From Candidatus Eiseniibacteriota bacterium (lineage in GTDB: Bacteria > Eisenbacteria > RBG-16-71-46), in contig CAVSAC010000014.1 in assembly GCA_963725865.1 (NCBI GenBank), forward strand, positions 64,001 to 128,000: 64,000 bases of DNA, read 5' to 3'. The notes beneath the pieces are model-generated. The model searched no databases, had not been told where the DNA came from, and saw only the letters and a program-made list of their open reading frames with translations. This document shows positions 63,814-64,000 of this stretch, piece after piece. The translations under genes were made by a program, and so were the position numbers. The first letter of the stretch is position 1. Every line of letters begins with the position of its first letter.

Positions 63814-64000
63814 TCAGTGGCGCACGCGATCGAGCCGGACGGCCGCCTCGTTGCGCGCGGCACCCGCAGGCGCCCGCACGATGTAACCGGTGAGCGCTTC
63901 CTGCGCCGCCATCGCGCGCCGCGGCGACGGCGCCTCCACCCAGGCGCGGAAGCGCGCGTCGGCGAGCTGGCGCCGCGCCTCGAGTTCGGCCACGCCCTGG
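63814..64000 (-). CDS. 3' end of a hypothetical protein running in from beyond the window
   Basis: Open frame QGVAELEARRQLADARFRAW...AAVRLDRVRH* with GC3-biased codons. Confidence 0.55.
   Translation of the reverse strand, partial: QGVAELEARRQLADARFRAWVEAPSPRRAMAAQEALTGYIVRAPAGAARNEAAVRLDRVRH

Noticed and set aside
53676..64000. Horizontally acquired polysaccharide genomic island
   Set aside because: There are no mobility genes or att sites and both flanking genes are cut mid-CDS, so a chimera is the simpler explanation (not excluded without reads)
1..64000. tRNA, rRNA, transposase, phage or defence genes
   Set aside because: None were recognisable by eye or in the ORF track

Overview
This is a very GC-rich window that looks like an error-prone long-read metagenomic contig: many essential genes carry single-base frameshifts. 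It appears to consist of two unrelated segments joined at about 53,675. The left segment (1-53,675) has betaproteobacterial gene content and order: iscR-sufA-sufB; a SEC-C/TPR/GT41 glycosyltransferase; a STAS / MBL-hydrolase / CHASE2-SpoIIE / OmpA / FecR / RsbW-like signalling module; mgtC; a stand-alone C-A-T-TE NRPS; cspA; a MesD-type methionine synthase; a sugar ABC operon; grxD, mscS and amt; yicC-gmk-rpoZ-spoT; a Ser/Thr kinase and PP2C; dnaQ and ilvA; pilGHIJ-chpA; an EF-G paralog; phoD-phrB; yqgE-ruvX-pyrR-pyrB-pyrC'; and a dienelactone hydrolase. The right segment (53,676-64,000) is a surface-polysaccharide region (SLBB protein, rfbB, ugd, wzx, methyltransferase, rmd/gmd-like genes). 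Its SLBB gene is spliced out of frame, at a GATC, onto the last 39 codons of an AhpD-like gene, which most likely marks a chimeric join. The best leads are: (1) an orphan monomodular NRPS with a Cys-nucleophile thioesterase (GHCNG) and a degenerate condensation motif (HHTICGG); (2) a CHASE2-phosphatase partner-switching system with FecR/OmpA envelope partners and no sigma factor in the locus; (3) a dispersed hairpin family with a conserved GGC-TTA...TGC-GCC loop on unrelated stems; (4) small palindromic inserts at operon junctions that form bridging mini-ORFs; (5) a mesD gene with no adjacent mesX. I found no tRNA, rRNA, CRISPR array, integrase or transposase. All gene calls come from motif recognition by eye; no database searches were run.
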